A stretch of DNA of 64,000 nt from an uncultured bacterium. GTDB taxonomy: Bacteria; Auribacterota; Erginobacteria; Erginobacterales; Erginobacteraceae. Positions 8,976-18,568 of the stretch are shown here, in pieces. The DNA is taken from the NCBI GenBank assembly GCA_963822585.1, contig CAWGIE010000033.1, positions 32,001 to 96,000 on the forward strand. Direction: 5' to 3'. The notes beneath the pieces were generated by a model. That model saw only the letters and a program-made list of their open reading frames with translations. It searched no databases and was not told the DNA's origin. Positions within the stretch are counted from its first letter, which is position 1, and each line of letters starts with the position of its first letter. The position numbers were made by a program, and so were the translations under genes.

Positions 8976-10410
8976 ATCTCGGAGCTAATCTGCCGGGCGA
9001 TGTTGCCGGCTAGGAGACGATTGCCCGCGGCGTTGCAGTGGCCGAAGTCTCCGGCGAAATTATCCTTAAAATAGGCGCGGTAACCGTCCCTGTTTACCGC
9101 TTCCTTGAATACTTGTTCGTTGTCGATAAGGAGCACGCCGTTACCATCCCTGCGATTTTCATGAGCGGCTCGACGCTTCTCATCGGATATTGAACGGCCG
9201 CCAAAGCCACCCCTCGTTCTCGGCACATCTCTTGACCCGTTGATAGCTTTCCACCGTCATCGGGTTAGCGGCTTTCAGGCGCACGGATTCAATCTTCTCC
9301 AGATACTCCTCCGATAGTTCGGAGTTGCCGAGAACCTCATAGAGGTGGGCGATTTCGGCGCAGTAGCGGTCGTTGAGAGGATCGGCCGCGTGTGCCTTCA
9401 GGCAACTTCAAGAGCGCCCCGGTAATCACCCTTTTCCTTGTACACGTACCACAGCGTAACATTCGCCAGATAGTTGTCGGGCTCCATCGTAGAGCCCGAA
9501 AAGCGAGATCCTCGGCTTCCTTGAATCTTTTCTGCTTCCAGTAATAGCACCAGGCGAGAGCGCCCAGGGCTTCGCTATTGAAGGGATTGACGCTGATGGC
9601 TTTTTCGAGATGCGCGGCTCCTTCTTCCCATCGTTTCTTTTCCATGCACGCCCGTCCCATGATCGTCATCGCCTGGTCGTTACCGGGATCGCCCTCGAGG
9701 GCACGGGCGCATTCTTTCATGACCCTTTTAAAATCCTGGCGGTGCATATAATAGCGGGCCAGACCCACGTGAGCGGGAACCCAGCCGGGGTCAAGATCGC
9801 GGGCTCGGAAGAACATGGACGCCGCCTCTTCATCATCACCGGCTTCGAGCAGCCGATCTCCTTCGGAAACATAGTCTTCGGCATCCCAAGTCATTTTCCT
9901 GAAACCCGAGCGCAAGGTATTCCTGAGATTCTGCCAGGCGAAACTGAATACCTTGTACACACGGAGGCTTTTCCAGAACCCCGGATCCTGCTCGGCATCG
10001 TCGTAAGACAGAAGCCGTTGACGCGAATCATTGATGCCCATCATGGCGATCACCAGGTCCGGCCGATATTTATCCAGCCAGTCCGGGAGCGAGGCGGCGA
10101 TATACGCCGTATTGCATCCCGGTTTTCCTTTGTTGACAACCTGGAAGTTTCGCTCGGGATATTGTTCGCTGAGAATCTCCCCCAGTTGCCGAGGATAAGC
10201 GTAAGAATGGTCGCCGCAATAGGTGGTCGACTCTCCGACGCAGAGAATAACAAACTGATTGGACTCGCTTTGGGAGGTGGATGTCGCTTTATCTCTCTGC
10301 CACATGATCACAACAGCGGCAGCACGCAGGACACCTTCAAGGATGACCAACCCAAGCGTCAAAGCAAGGAGCGAAAGTAGGATATTTTGAATTAGCGGCT
10401 TTCTCATCAT
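8948..10410 (-). CDS. Membrane-anchored SGNH-like protein with inserted TPR repeats (frameshifted at ~9.2-9.5 kb)
   Basis: N-terminal TM, CVGESTT, VNKGKPG, MMGIND, TPR helices, and C-terminal DFGHCNAAGNRLLA in a separate ORF (8948-9226). Confidence 0.7.
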
Positions 10411-10626
10411 GACGTTTCAAGCCATTGAACAGACAAAATATATATTCAGTATTATTGTAATTAATTCTATAATACTGAACACTTGAGCGTAAAACAAGAG
10501 GTTTTTTAGAATAATTGGGGAGATAAACTTGAGGAGGCTACGAGCTTATGCGAGGAGTAGCAGGACCACGAACGAAGCGAAGCGGCAATCCCTGATTATC
10601 CACTATTCGGCGGGAGAGGATCTGCG

Positions 10627-11226
10627 TCAGAGGTCCTTGAGAAGCTCGGAGAGGCTTATATCCAGCGCCTGCGTAACCAGGTAAAGCGTTTTCAGTGAAA
10701 CGGCGCTTTTGCCCGATTCCAACTGGCTGAGCATGCTGGGAGAAAGACCGGCGGCGCGGGCCAGTTCCCGGCTGCCCATGTCTTTCCGGTGCCGCTGGAG
10801 GCGCACCAACTCCCCCACCCGCTCATTCAGATTGTCGAGCGAGCTGGTTATCAGCCCGATACTCGCGGCGGCTTTTCCTACCGCGTCACGGATATGCTGC
10901 ATGGCAAAAGGCTTGCGGACGTATTCGACGACCATCTTGTCCCCCACGACATCCATGGCCGTCTCCAGCGTGGGGTAGGCGGTAAGTATAATCACCGCGA
11001 TATCTCCGGTTAAGTCCTGGATCTCTTTAAGCAGTTGGATCCCGTCCATTCCCGGCATTTTGATGTCCAGAATGAGCACATCGTATTGTCGACTCCGCAA
11101 TTTATTCAGAGCTTCCGAGCCGTCGAAAGCAACTTCCGTTTCCCGACCGTCTATAGAGAGAATTTTTCTCAAGTTGTCGCAGAGGTCACGGTCATCGTCA
11201 ATAATCAGCACCCGAATCTTTCTCAT
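10627..11226 (-). CDS. Response regulator, REC domain plus XRE-family HTH
   Basis: Likely start MRKIRVLIIDDD; LDIKMPGMDG, KPF; C-terminal ELARAAGLSPSMLSQLESGK. Confidence 0.88.
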   Translation of the reverse strand: MRKIRVLIIDDDRDLCDNLRKILSIDGRETEVAFDGSEALNKLRSRQYDVLILDIKMPGMDGIQLLKEIQDLTGDIAVIILTAYPTLETAMDVVGDKMVVEYVRKPFAMQHIRDAVGKAAASIGLITSSLDNLNERVGELVRLQRHRKDMGSRELARAAGLSPSMLSQLESGKSAVSLKTLYLVTQALDISLSELLKDL

Positions 11227-11245
11227 TGGTGTCAACCTTCCCGGC

Positions 11246-13354
11246 TCACGCGACCGCCGGCATTCTAACGGTGAAAATCGTGCCTCGCTCTTTCCCCTGC
11301 GCGACGGCGATGGTTCCGCCGTGCGCTTCAATTATTCCCAGCGAAATGGAGAGACCCAGCCCCGTTCCCCGCTTTCCGCCCCGCTTGCTTTCACGGGAGC
11401 TGTAAAACGGCTCGAAGATATGGTGAATCGCCTCCGGTGAGATGGAACGCCCGTTGTTTTCGAACTCCAGAACAACCTCGCCGTCCTGACGGCAGGCTCG
11501 GAGCGTGAGGGTGTCTTCCCGTGCCATCGCCTCCCGGGCATTGATGATAAGGTTCAAAAAGACTTGCTGGAGCTGGCCCCTGTCCGCTGCTACCGGCGGC
11601 ACGGGAGAATATTCTCTTTTCACGTTAAGACCGGAGGTATGGAAATCGGCCTCCACCAGCTCCAGAACTTCATCCAGGGCCTGCACCGGATCGATCTTTT
11701 CCCTGACCCCAGTTTTGCGGCCGGCGAAATGGAGCAGGCCGTCAACCAGGGCGGCGCCCTTCTCAGAAGCTTTGACGATCTTCCGTACCTCCTCGCGCAT
11801 TTCCCCGGCGCCGCTGAAGTGCGACACGATCTCGGCGGAGCTCCGGATAACGGAAAGAAGGTTGTTGAACTCGTGAGCCACGCCGGCGGCAAGCTGGCCG
11901 ATACCGGCCATTTTATCGGCAAAGGCAAGTTTCTGCTCCAGTTCCTTCTTCTGGGTGACGTCTCTCAGTACAGCAAAGTAATGCCGGGGAGAGCCGTCTT
12001 CATTGCATTTCAGTGCCACATCCAACGCAATCTGCGGAACCCCCCCGTCAGGGCGATAGAGCTGCAGCTCGATTCCGGACTCGCTCCTCCGCTCGGCCAG
12101 GAAGGAAGGTGTCTGGAGCACCTTTTGCCCGGGAGGAGAAATAATCCGTCTTAGATCAAGGCCGGCGATTTCAGGGGGTGGACAGCCCGCCATTGAAACA
12201 AATGTCTGGTTGAAATCCAGAATCCGGCCTTCAAGATCGAAGGTGATGATACCGTCCGGACTACTCTCCACCAGCGTCCGGTACCTCTCCTCCGATTCCT
12301 TGAGCTTCCGCTGAACGCGGGCCTCTTCTTCCGCCCGCACCCGGGCCCGGTGCGTCCTGAAGAGGAAATATCCTGCCACAAAACCCAGACAGAGGAGAAA
12401 GAAGAGAAAAGAAACGTAGTATTTCTGGATCCGATTGATGGATTGCGCGATTTTCTGAAGAGGCCGGCTCACGCCGACCAACCAGCGAGCTTTCCCCACC
12501 GTGCTGAAGGAGAAGGATACGACCTGATCGCCCGGGCCCCCACCCCGGACGATCCCGGCGTTTTCCTTTCCTCGCAGTATACCTTTCAAGTGATTTTCAT
12601 CTACCCCGATCAAAGTCAGCCCCTTTCCCCTTTCCCTGGTAAGCGAAAGCGCATCTTGACCGGTAATAGCCGCGGTAGAGTGCGCCAGAATCGTACCGTC
12701 ATGTCCAATGATGAATATCGTCGGGGCGGACCCCGTGACGTCAGGCAGGATGAAATTCTCCACTATCTCATCAATGGCGATCCCGACACAGACGAGGCCT
12801 TTCAAATCAGCAACAGGCATCAATCCGCCCGAAGAATTTAGATGGCCGATTTTATAAACAGGCGACGCGAGCAGCACCAGGTACCTTCTCTTATCACCGA
12901 TGCGGAAAGAGCGGGAGAAAATATACGGCGTCTCTTTCTCCATACCCTGAAGCACGTTATCCACTTCCGATAAAGCTATTCCCTCCTCTCTCTGGAAAAA
13001 ATCCCGGGGGAAAATGGAACGAATCTTCCCATTCAAATCGGCATATAACAGGACATCCGCCCCAGGGAACATGCTCGCGAAGGTTGAGGAGAGCTTCGCA
13101 TCCACCTCCTTCTCCTCCAATCTACTCCCCGAGAGATCGCGGGAGAGACGCAGTGAATCAGTGGCGAGACTGCGCATATAGAAATCTATGTTTTTCGCCG
13201 CGGAACTCGCCAGCACCAACTGGTCTATTCCGAAATCGCTCACTAACTGTTCTTCCGTGGCCCTGTAGATCAAGTAGGCAAAGAATCCCGTCAGCAAGAT
13301 GATGATCATCAGGGGCAATAATATCTTGATGTACGATTTGACCAAGTCACGCAT
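11246..13354 (-). CDS. Membrane sensor histidine kinase (Cache-like periplasmic domain, PAS, HisKA, HATPase)
   Basis: Two TMs, EERYRTLVESSPDGI PAS start, AHEFNNLL H-box, QVFLNLIINA, FEPFYS, GTGLGL. Confidence 0.92.
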   Translation of the reverse strand: MRDLVKSYIKILLPLMIIILLTGFFAYLIYRATEEQLVSDFGIDQLVLASSAAKNIDFYMRSLATDSLRLSRDLSGSRLEEKEVDAKLSSTFASMFPGADVLLYADLNGKIRSIFPRDFFQREEGIALSEVDNVLQGMEKETPYIFSRSFRIGDKRRYLVLLASPVYKIGHLNSSGGLMPVADLKGLVCVGIAIDEIVENFILPDVTGSAPTIFIIGHDGTILAHSTAAITGQDALSLTRERGKGLTLIGVDENHLKGILRGKENAGIVRGGGPGDQVVSFSFSTVGKARWLVGVSRPLQKIAQSINRIQKYYVSFLFFLLCLGFVAGYFLFRTHRARVRAEEEARVQRKLKESEERYRTLVESSPDGIITFDLEGRILDFNQTFVSMAGCPPPEIAGLDLRRIISPPGQKVLQTPSFLAERRSESGIELQLYRPDGGVPQIALDVALKCNEDGSPRHYFAVLRDVTQKKELEQKLAFADKMAGIGQLAAGVAHEFNNLLSVIRSSAEIVSHFSGAGEMREEVRKIVKASEKGAALVDGLLHFAGRKTGVREKIDPVQALDEVLELVEADFHTSGLNVKREYSPVPPVAADRGQLQQVFLNLIINAREAMAREDTLTLRACRQDGEVVLEFENNGRSISPEAIHHIFEPFYSSRESKRGGKRGTGLGLSISLGIIEAHGGTIAVAQGKERGTIFTVRMPAVA

Positions 13355-13467
13355 AGCCTTTATCCATATGTCATTTTAACCTTATTATTCATGAAATCTG
13401 CCAATAGGCAAGAGCAATCAGACTATCGTTAGGGCAACATGTACACTCCGTCCCCTATTTTGATTTC

Positions 13468-13496
13468 TTGACTATCTTATTTCCGCGTGGGATACT
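13468..13496 (+). promoter_or_regulatory. Putative sigma70 promoter of the GAPOR-like gene
   Basis: TTGACT-17nt-GATACT with a TGn extension. Confidence 0.55.
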
Positions 13497-13522
13497 GACG
13501 TATCCATAACCGGGGCTTGATC

Positions 13523-15398
13523 ATGGATATCAACCAGAAAGTTCTTTGTGTCGATCTGCGCAGCGGGTTCTACCGGATCCGGCGCTACCCGCTCCCGGAT
13601 TACTTCGGGCCGGTCGATCTCGGCCTGCACATGGCCAGCCAGCACCACTCCCTGAACATCGGGGTCGGACTGCTGGCCGGTTCGATCTTCCCCGGTTCCA
13701 ACCGCCTCATCTTCACCGGGAACTCCCCCTGCTGGGACAATTTCTACATCTCGTCCATGGGCGGCGCGGGCCTGGTCTTCAACAACCTGGGACTGAACAT
13801 GCTCTCCCTCCTCGACCGGGCTCCCGTTCCCTCGATCCTCTACCTGAACCGGAACCATACCGAGGAGGTCGAGGTGGAGATCGTGCCGGTCGATATCAAA
13901 CGGGTCTGGGCGGCCGGCCGGGGAGGGATCTACTCGCTTCTGGATCACGTCTACCGGCGCTTCGGAAAACGCTACGAAGTCGCTCCCCGGATCCTGGCGG
14001 TGGGCCCGGCGGCGCTGTATACCGACTTCGGCGCCATCGGATCGGCCCCGATCGAGAAGGGGGTACTGACCCACGTCGACACCTGGGCCGGGCGGGGCGG
14101 CCTCGGTTCCCGGCTGCTCCAGCACCACGGGATCGCCGCCGATCATCTACGGCGGGAGCTACCCGGCCGATGATTTCCGGGACCGGGAAGTGGCGGACAA
14201 GTGGTTCGTGGACAAGTACCAGAGGAAGCTGGCGGCGCAGGACTTCCAGGCCACGACCAAGTACCGATTCAACGCCGAGATGGGAACCGGCGGCACCTTC
14301 GGCGTCAACTTCACCACCCTCCAGGGGAGGATCATCGCTTTCAATTACCGCTCCATCTACCTGAGCGAGGAGGAGCGGCTCTCAATCAACCGGCGCCTGA
14401 TCGCCGACCACTACCTGAAACAGTTCAACGAGGAGACGATCAAGCCCAGGCTCCAGAAAACCTGCGGCGAGCCCTGCCCGGCTATCTGCAAGAAGATGCA
14501 CGGGGAGTACAAGAAAGATTACGAGCCCTACCAGACGATGGGGCCGTTGACCGGGATCTTCGACCAGCGGGCGGCGGAAAAACTGAACCACCACGCCGAC
14601 CGCTACGGCTTCGACGCCATCTCGGCCGGGGGGGTCCTGGCCTGGCTGATGGACTGCCTGGACACGGGTCTCCTCACCCCGGAAGAACTGGGGGTGAGCG
14701 GGAAACCCGTCTTCTCGCCGGACGGTTTTGATGCCGTCCAGGATTCGATGAAGAACGCCGACCTGGGGGTGGAACTGCTCGACTCCATCATCGAGCGGCG
14801 GGGGTCACTCGATCTTTCCAACGGGGCCCGGAGCCTGGCCCGGAGACTTTCCCGGAAGAAGGGACGAGAGGTCCTCGACCGTTTCGTCTATTGCGCCGCC
14901 GGGCGGCGGGGATGGATGGTCCCCAACCAGTACTGGACCCCGGGGGCGCTCTCTCCGATGGCGATCATGGGCAAGTACTACATGTATTACGGGGAAGACT
15001 TCTTCCCTCCCCGGGAACTGGGACGGCTCGACGCCCGGCATCTGGAGGAGGAACTGATCCTGGACAACATGGGGTTCTGCCGGTTCCACCGGGGATGGGC
15101 GGTGGAGATGATCCCGGAGATCGTGGAGGCTCTCTTCGGGATGAAGGAGGAGTTCGAGAAGAAGATCAGGATCACCGCCCGGCGGATCAACAGCCGCAAC
15201 ACCTCCGGCTTCTGGGAGTCGGAGCGCGACATCGACTTCATCCATACCTTCCTGAAACGGCAACGGGACGTGGAGGGGAATACCAAGCCCGAACTCCTGC
15301 GCTGGATCGACGCCTTCGACAAGGACAAGAAGGAGGCGGCCCTCGATTTCTGGAGCGAGATCTACAAGGGGATCAATGACGTGCTGCGGGAGTTTTAA
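13523..15398 (+). CDS. W/Mo-dependent aldehyde:ferredoxin oxidoreductase family, GAPOR-like (1-nt insertion near 14141)
   Basis: GSIFPGSNRLIF, SMGGAG, RILAVGPAA, WAGRGG, TKYRF..GTGGTFG, TCGEPCPAICKK, YEPY, GFDAI and DNMGFCRFHRGW match my recollection of archaeal GAPOR. Deleting one G restores HHGIAAIIYGG..VADKW. Confidence 0.82.
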
Positions 15399-15567
15399 TC
15401 CGGTTAATCAGATTCTTCTTTTTTTGTGGCGTATTTCCTGCTACACTTTCCTGTTCGTCAGGATGCTCATCACCTGGTTCTCAGTCTCCATCAGTCGATA
15501 ACCTGATATCATAGACTTTTTTCTTTGTATATTGGAATTTTATAGGGGAAATTTCTAATATCATAGA

Positions 15568-15639
15568 CTTTTTTCCACCATAATCAGTCCCTTCGGGCCT
15601 ATTATGGCAGAAAAAACTCAGCTCAACTCGGCGTTATAA
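15568..15639 (+). other. Integron attC site, right half only
   Basis: Inner stem TTTTTTCCACCATAAT/ATTATGGCAGAAAAAA, then GCTCAACTCGGC-GTTATAA (R' box) 14 nt before the cassette ATG. Confidence 0.6.
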
Positions 15640-15653
15640 TAACGAGGTCAAAA

Positions 15654-15926
15654 ATGGCAATATTGTCATGCCCATATTGCAATAAAAAGGGCCTTTCTTT
15701 ATTTAAAAAATTCTGCCTTAGTCCAGGAAGTTCAGTAAAGTGCCAAAACTGCGGAGAAAAAATTGGAATACCTTCGGGCAAATACATAATTTCTATGCTC
15801 CCAATTAGTATTTCTATTATTCTCTCAATGATGGGTGCGAAGTTTTATGTATTCATAATTGCCGTTATCTTAATGATTATTATGGTTTTGGGATGGGTTC
15901 CGATTGTAAAAAAAGATAGTGAATAA
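15654..15926 (+). CDS. Gene cassette: CxxC-x20-CxxC zinc-ribbon membrane protein
   Basis: CPYC...CQNC then two TMs; AT-rich; flanked by attC-like sites. Confidence 0.7.
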   Translation: MAILSCPYCNKKGLSLFKKFCLSPGSSVKCQNCGEKIGIPSGKYIISMLPISISIILSMMGAKFYVFIIAVILMIIMVLGWVPIVKKDSE

Positions 15927-15929
15927 AAA

Positions 15930-16911
15930 ATCTATCAAGCCGCTCAAGCAGACCGGAAGGGCTAATGCTGCTGTCGAACGTTTTGTCTTCGCCAGAGTTT
16001 TCCCAGTTGGCATGGTTTCTCAGTCGGCCCCTTCCGGCCGCTTAGCTCTCCCTTAAATCCTTCATATAAGGAAAAATAAGTAGTAGTTTGGAGTTTTAAC
16101 GGACAGATACGGTCGCGCTGAATATTTATCGCGGAGTGTTCCAGGATTAACGGTGTCAGAGAGGGAAAAAAGAACCGGATCGGGGCGGATTTCCCGGTTG
16201 AAGACAGACCCCTCCCCCGGTTTAACGAAATAAGATACTTTGGAAGAGACCGGAAGCCTGCTACGTCACCAGACTGCAACCCAGGAGATACACCTTTTTC
16301 GTCACTGCTTGCAACGTTGCTTGCAGTTTGAGGTTATCGGCGAAGATTAATTGTACTCCCCGGCCTCACCGCCGGACAATACAGGGAACATTAATAAACC
16401 AGTTGCGGATCGCCTTGGCGCTTTTCATTACCCATATTCCCCCCAGGACCAGGCGCTTGAAAGCGTTAATCAGATTATAGGCAATCATCTTCACTTTGTT
16501 TTGTTTTGCCCGGATGGAAGTAAGTGGTTATACTATGAGGTAATTCAAGCAGACGTGAAAAGTTAATCAGATCTATATATCCTCCGTAGCTGGAGAGTCT
16601 ACGATTAGAAAATCGACAAGTAACATGCCGATATCCGAATTGCTTTCTCAGTTCCCGATGAAGCTTCGTTTGGGGTAACACCGATCGGCTGGTTCTCTTC
16701 ATGCTGGCCTCTCTTTTATGTGGTTTTTGGTTGAGTTGCCACTCCCATTTAACCACGGGGGCCAGCATTAAAACAAACGTTTAGTAAGTGGTTTTAAACG
16801 CCTGTTTATAACCACAGCTACTAAACTCAAAATAGATGATTTTTCCGTAGGATTTGTAAGGTGTAGTACCGTTTTACTGCCTTTATATGAAGGATTCAGG
16901 CTTCTCGTTAG
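15930..16911 (+). other. attC site interrupted by an IS1380 remnant
   Basis: TCTATCAAGCCGCTCAAGCAGACCGGAAGGG...CCCTTCCGGCCGCTTAGCTCTC [IS] CTTCTC-GTTAG. Confidence 0.6.
16052..16900 (-). mobile_element. Internally deleted IS1380-family element
   Basis: Terminal IRs CTTAAATCCTTCATATAA / TTATATGAAGGATTCAGG. Transposase N-terminus from ATG 16702 (FSNRRLSSYGG..L) lies next to a C-terminus (MIAYNLINAFKRLVL..IRNWFINVP..R*GR) at ~16490-16260; the catalytic core is missing. Confidence 0.8.
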
Positions 16912-16923
16912 TTTTTAAAATCA

Positions 16924-17349
16924 ATGAAAATTTGCCCAAAATGCAAAACTCCTGCTCGGGATAATATTCAAAAATGTTGTTGCGGATATGATTTTTGCTC
17001 AATCCACAAGGACCGGCTTCCCGTTGCTATACTCTGCCTCCATATTGCAGCAATATTATATGTTCTTATTGGTGCATACTTATTTTTTCTACACCGCCCT
17101 ACTAATGATTCCAAAATAGTTGATGGGCTTATCTTCATATTTATAATTCACCTTATTGTCTGTTTAGGAATTGCGGCACTTAATGAAGTGGTAGCAAGAG
17201 CCATAAAAAAAAGGAAATTCTGGGGGTGGGTAGTTGGAATTATTTTATTTGGTCTATACATCCCCTCTCCCTTCCTGCCGATTGGAGGATTTGGATTGTG
17301 GGCTTTACTCACACCAAATTCACGAAAAGTTTTTTTACAAAAAAACTAA
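16924..17349 (+). CDS. Gene cassette: zinc-ribbon plus multi-TM hypothetical protein
   Basis: CPKC...CCCGYDF and 3-4 TMs; the stop codon lies in the R'' box AACTAAC. Confidence 0.7.
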   Translation: MKICPKCKTPARDNIQKCCCGYDFCSIHKDRLPVAILCLHIAAILYVLIGAYLFFLHRPTNDSKIVDGLIFIFIIHLIVCLGIAALNEVVARAIKKRKFWGWVVGIILFGLYIPSPFLPIGGFGLWALLTPNSRKVFLQKN

Positions 17350-17408
17350 CCGCTCCAGCAGACAGAAAACCGCATTGCGGTTTTCGGCTACTGAGCTCGA
17401 CGTTAATA
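17344..17408 (+). other. Integron attC site
   Basis: AACTAAC-CGCTCCAGCAGACA-GAAAACCGCATTGCGGTTTTC-GGCTACTGAGCTCGAC-GTTAATA; the R''-L'' spacer looks shortened. Confidence 0.75.
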
Positions 17409-17424
17409 ATATGGAGAAATTGAA

Positions 17425-17832
17425 ATGAAGAAATGCTCTGCTTGTGGCGAGTTGAATTCTGATGAGACATCCTCTTGTAAATCGTGTGCTGCTCCACTTC
17501 CAGTTAGCAGTACCTCTCTCCCAAAATCAACTATGACAAAACGAGATTTGTTCATAGTTGGCTTACGACTTATCGGGGTTTATCTCATAGTTTTTGGTTT
17601 CTTAGGTGCCCTGCATAAACTGGGCTCCAATTATGCAATGTTACGAGTTATTTCCCAAGCTGCAGGCTTTGATGGCTTCGGGGGTCTTGCGGAGAGCATG
17701 CAATATTTAAGCATCTTCACCGGGGTTATCTGGGATCTGGTTCGCATTGTTGTTGGTCTGTATTTTTGCAGAGGCGGGGAATTGCTTTTTAACTTTGTTA
17801 GGATGAAAGATGGCGTTCTTTCCGAATATTAA
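17425..17832 (+). CDS. Gene cassette: zinc-ribbon plus two-TM hypothetical protein
   Basis: MKKCSACG..N....SCKSCAAPL and two TMs; followed directly by TTCTAAC. Confidence 0.7.
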   Translation: MKKCSACGELNSDETSSCKSCAAPLPVSSTSLPKSTMTKRDLFIVGLRLIGVYLIVFGFLGALHKLGSNYAMLRVISQAAGFDGFGGLAESMQYLSIFTGVIWDLVRIVVGLYFCRGGELLFNFVRMKDGVLSEY

Positions 17833-17833
17833 T

Positions 17834-18075
17834 TTCTAACGAGTCGCTATAACAGACCAGGGCCCGCGATGAGGCTGTGTCACAACCTCCAAAATGTCAT
17901 CGCGATCCGCCTCAGGCGGAGAAGCGATCTCAATTCGCGAACAAAAGATGCTATTTTCCAACGGGTTGAGATCGCTTCGTCGCTGCGCTCCTCGCGATGA
18001 CAGTAAAATCGTCGAGAATAGCAATTGCGACACAGTCTGGATGCGGGCCCTGGTCTGCTGAGCTCGGCGATTTGG
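17834..18075 (+). other. attC site with a MITE inserted at its apex
   Basis: TTCTAACGAGTCGCTATAACAGACCAGGGCCCGC-GAT[insert]GAT-GCGGGCCCTGGTCTGCTGAGCTCGGCG; R' is degenerate. Confidence 0.7.
17871..18039. mobile_element. 169-bp MITE containing a REP-like palindrome
   Basis: TIRs GAGGCTGTGTCACAA / TTGCGACACAGTCTG, GAT target duplication, and inner palindrome TGTCATCGCGA..GAAGCGATCTC / GAGATCGCTTC..TCGCGATGACA (17895-18002). Confidence 0.8.
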
Positions 18076-18301
18076 TAAGGGGGATAAAAGGAGGGAAAAA
18101 TTACCCCAACGGGGTAGCCTGCCCTGAGCAAAGTCGACGGGAGACATTAAAGCCCAGGGTAAAACCCCGGGCTGACATGTTATACCCTTTCAGGGTATCA
18201 AGCCGAATTTACAAATATCCGATTGAAGATGATTCATTCATCTTCGCGACCGAGAATTATTACTTTCCAGACACATCCATTTAGGTTATATTATTACCAT
18301 C

Positions 18302-18568
18302 ATGAAGTACGCGGTCCGGATCAAGAAGAAAGTGGCTCGCGGCCTCAGGAAGCTGCCTGACGATGTCCAGAAACTCCTATTCTTACTCATTACGGATCTC
18401 CAGGCGGACGGTCCGATTCAGAAGAGTTGGCGAAACTTTTCGCCGCGCGGGGAAGATCGATATTACTGCCATTTGAACTATAGATATGTGGCCTGCTGGA
18501 TATGCCGCAAGAATGAAATAATCATAGAGGTGTACTATGTTGGCTCTCGTGAAAAAGCCCCATATTGA
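18302..18568 (+). CDS. RelE/ParE (HigB-like) toxin
   Basis: 88 aa basic protein, LRKLP..VQ..L, YYCHL.YRYVACW, IEVYYVGSRE; overlaps the downstream XRE gene. Confidence 0.75.
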   Translation: MKYAVRIKKKVARGLRKLPDDVQKLLFLLITDLQADGPIQKSWRNFSPRGEDRYYCHLNYRYVACWICRKNEIIIEVYYVGSREKAPY

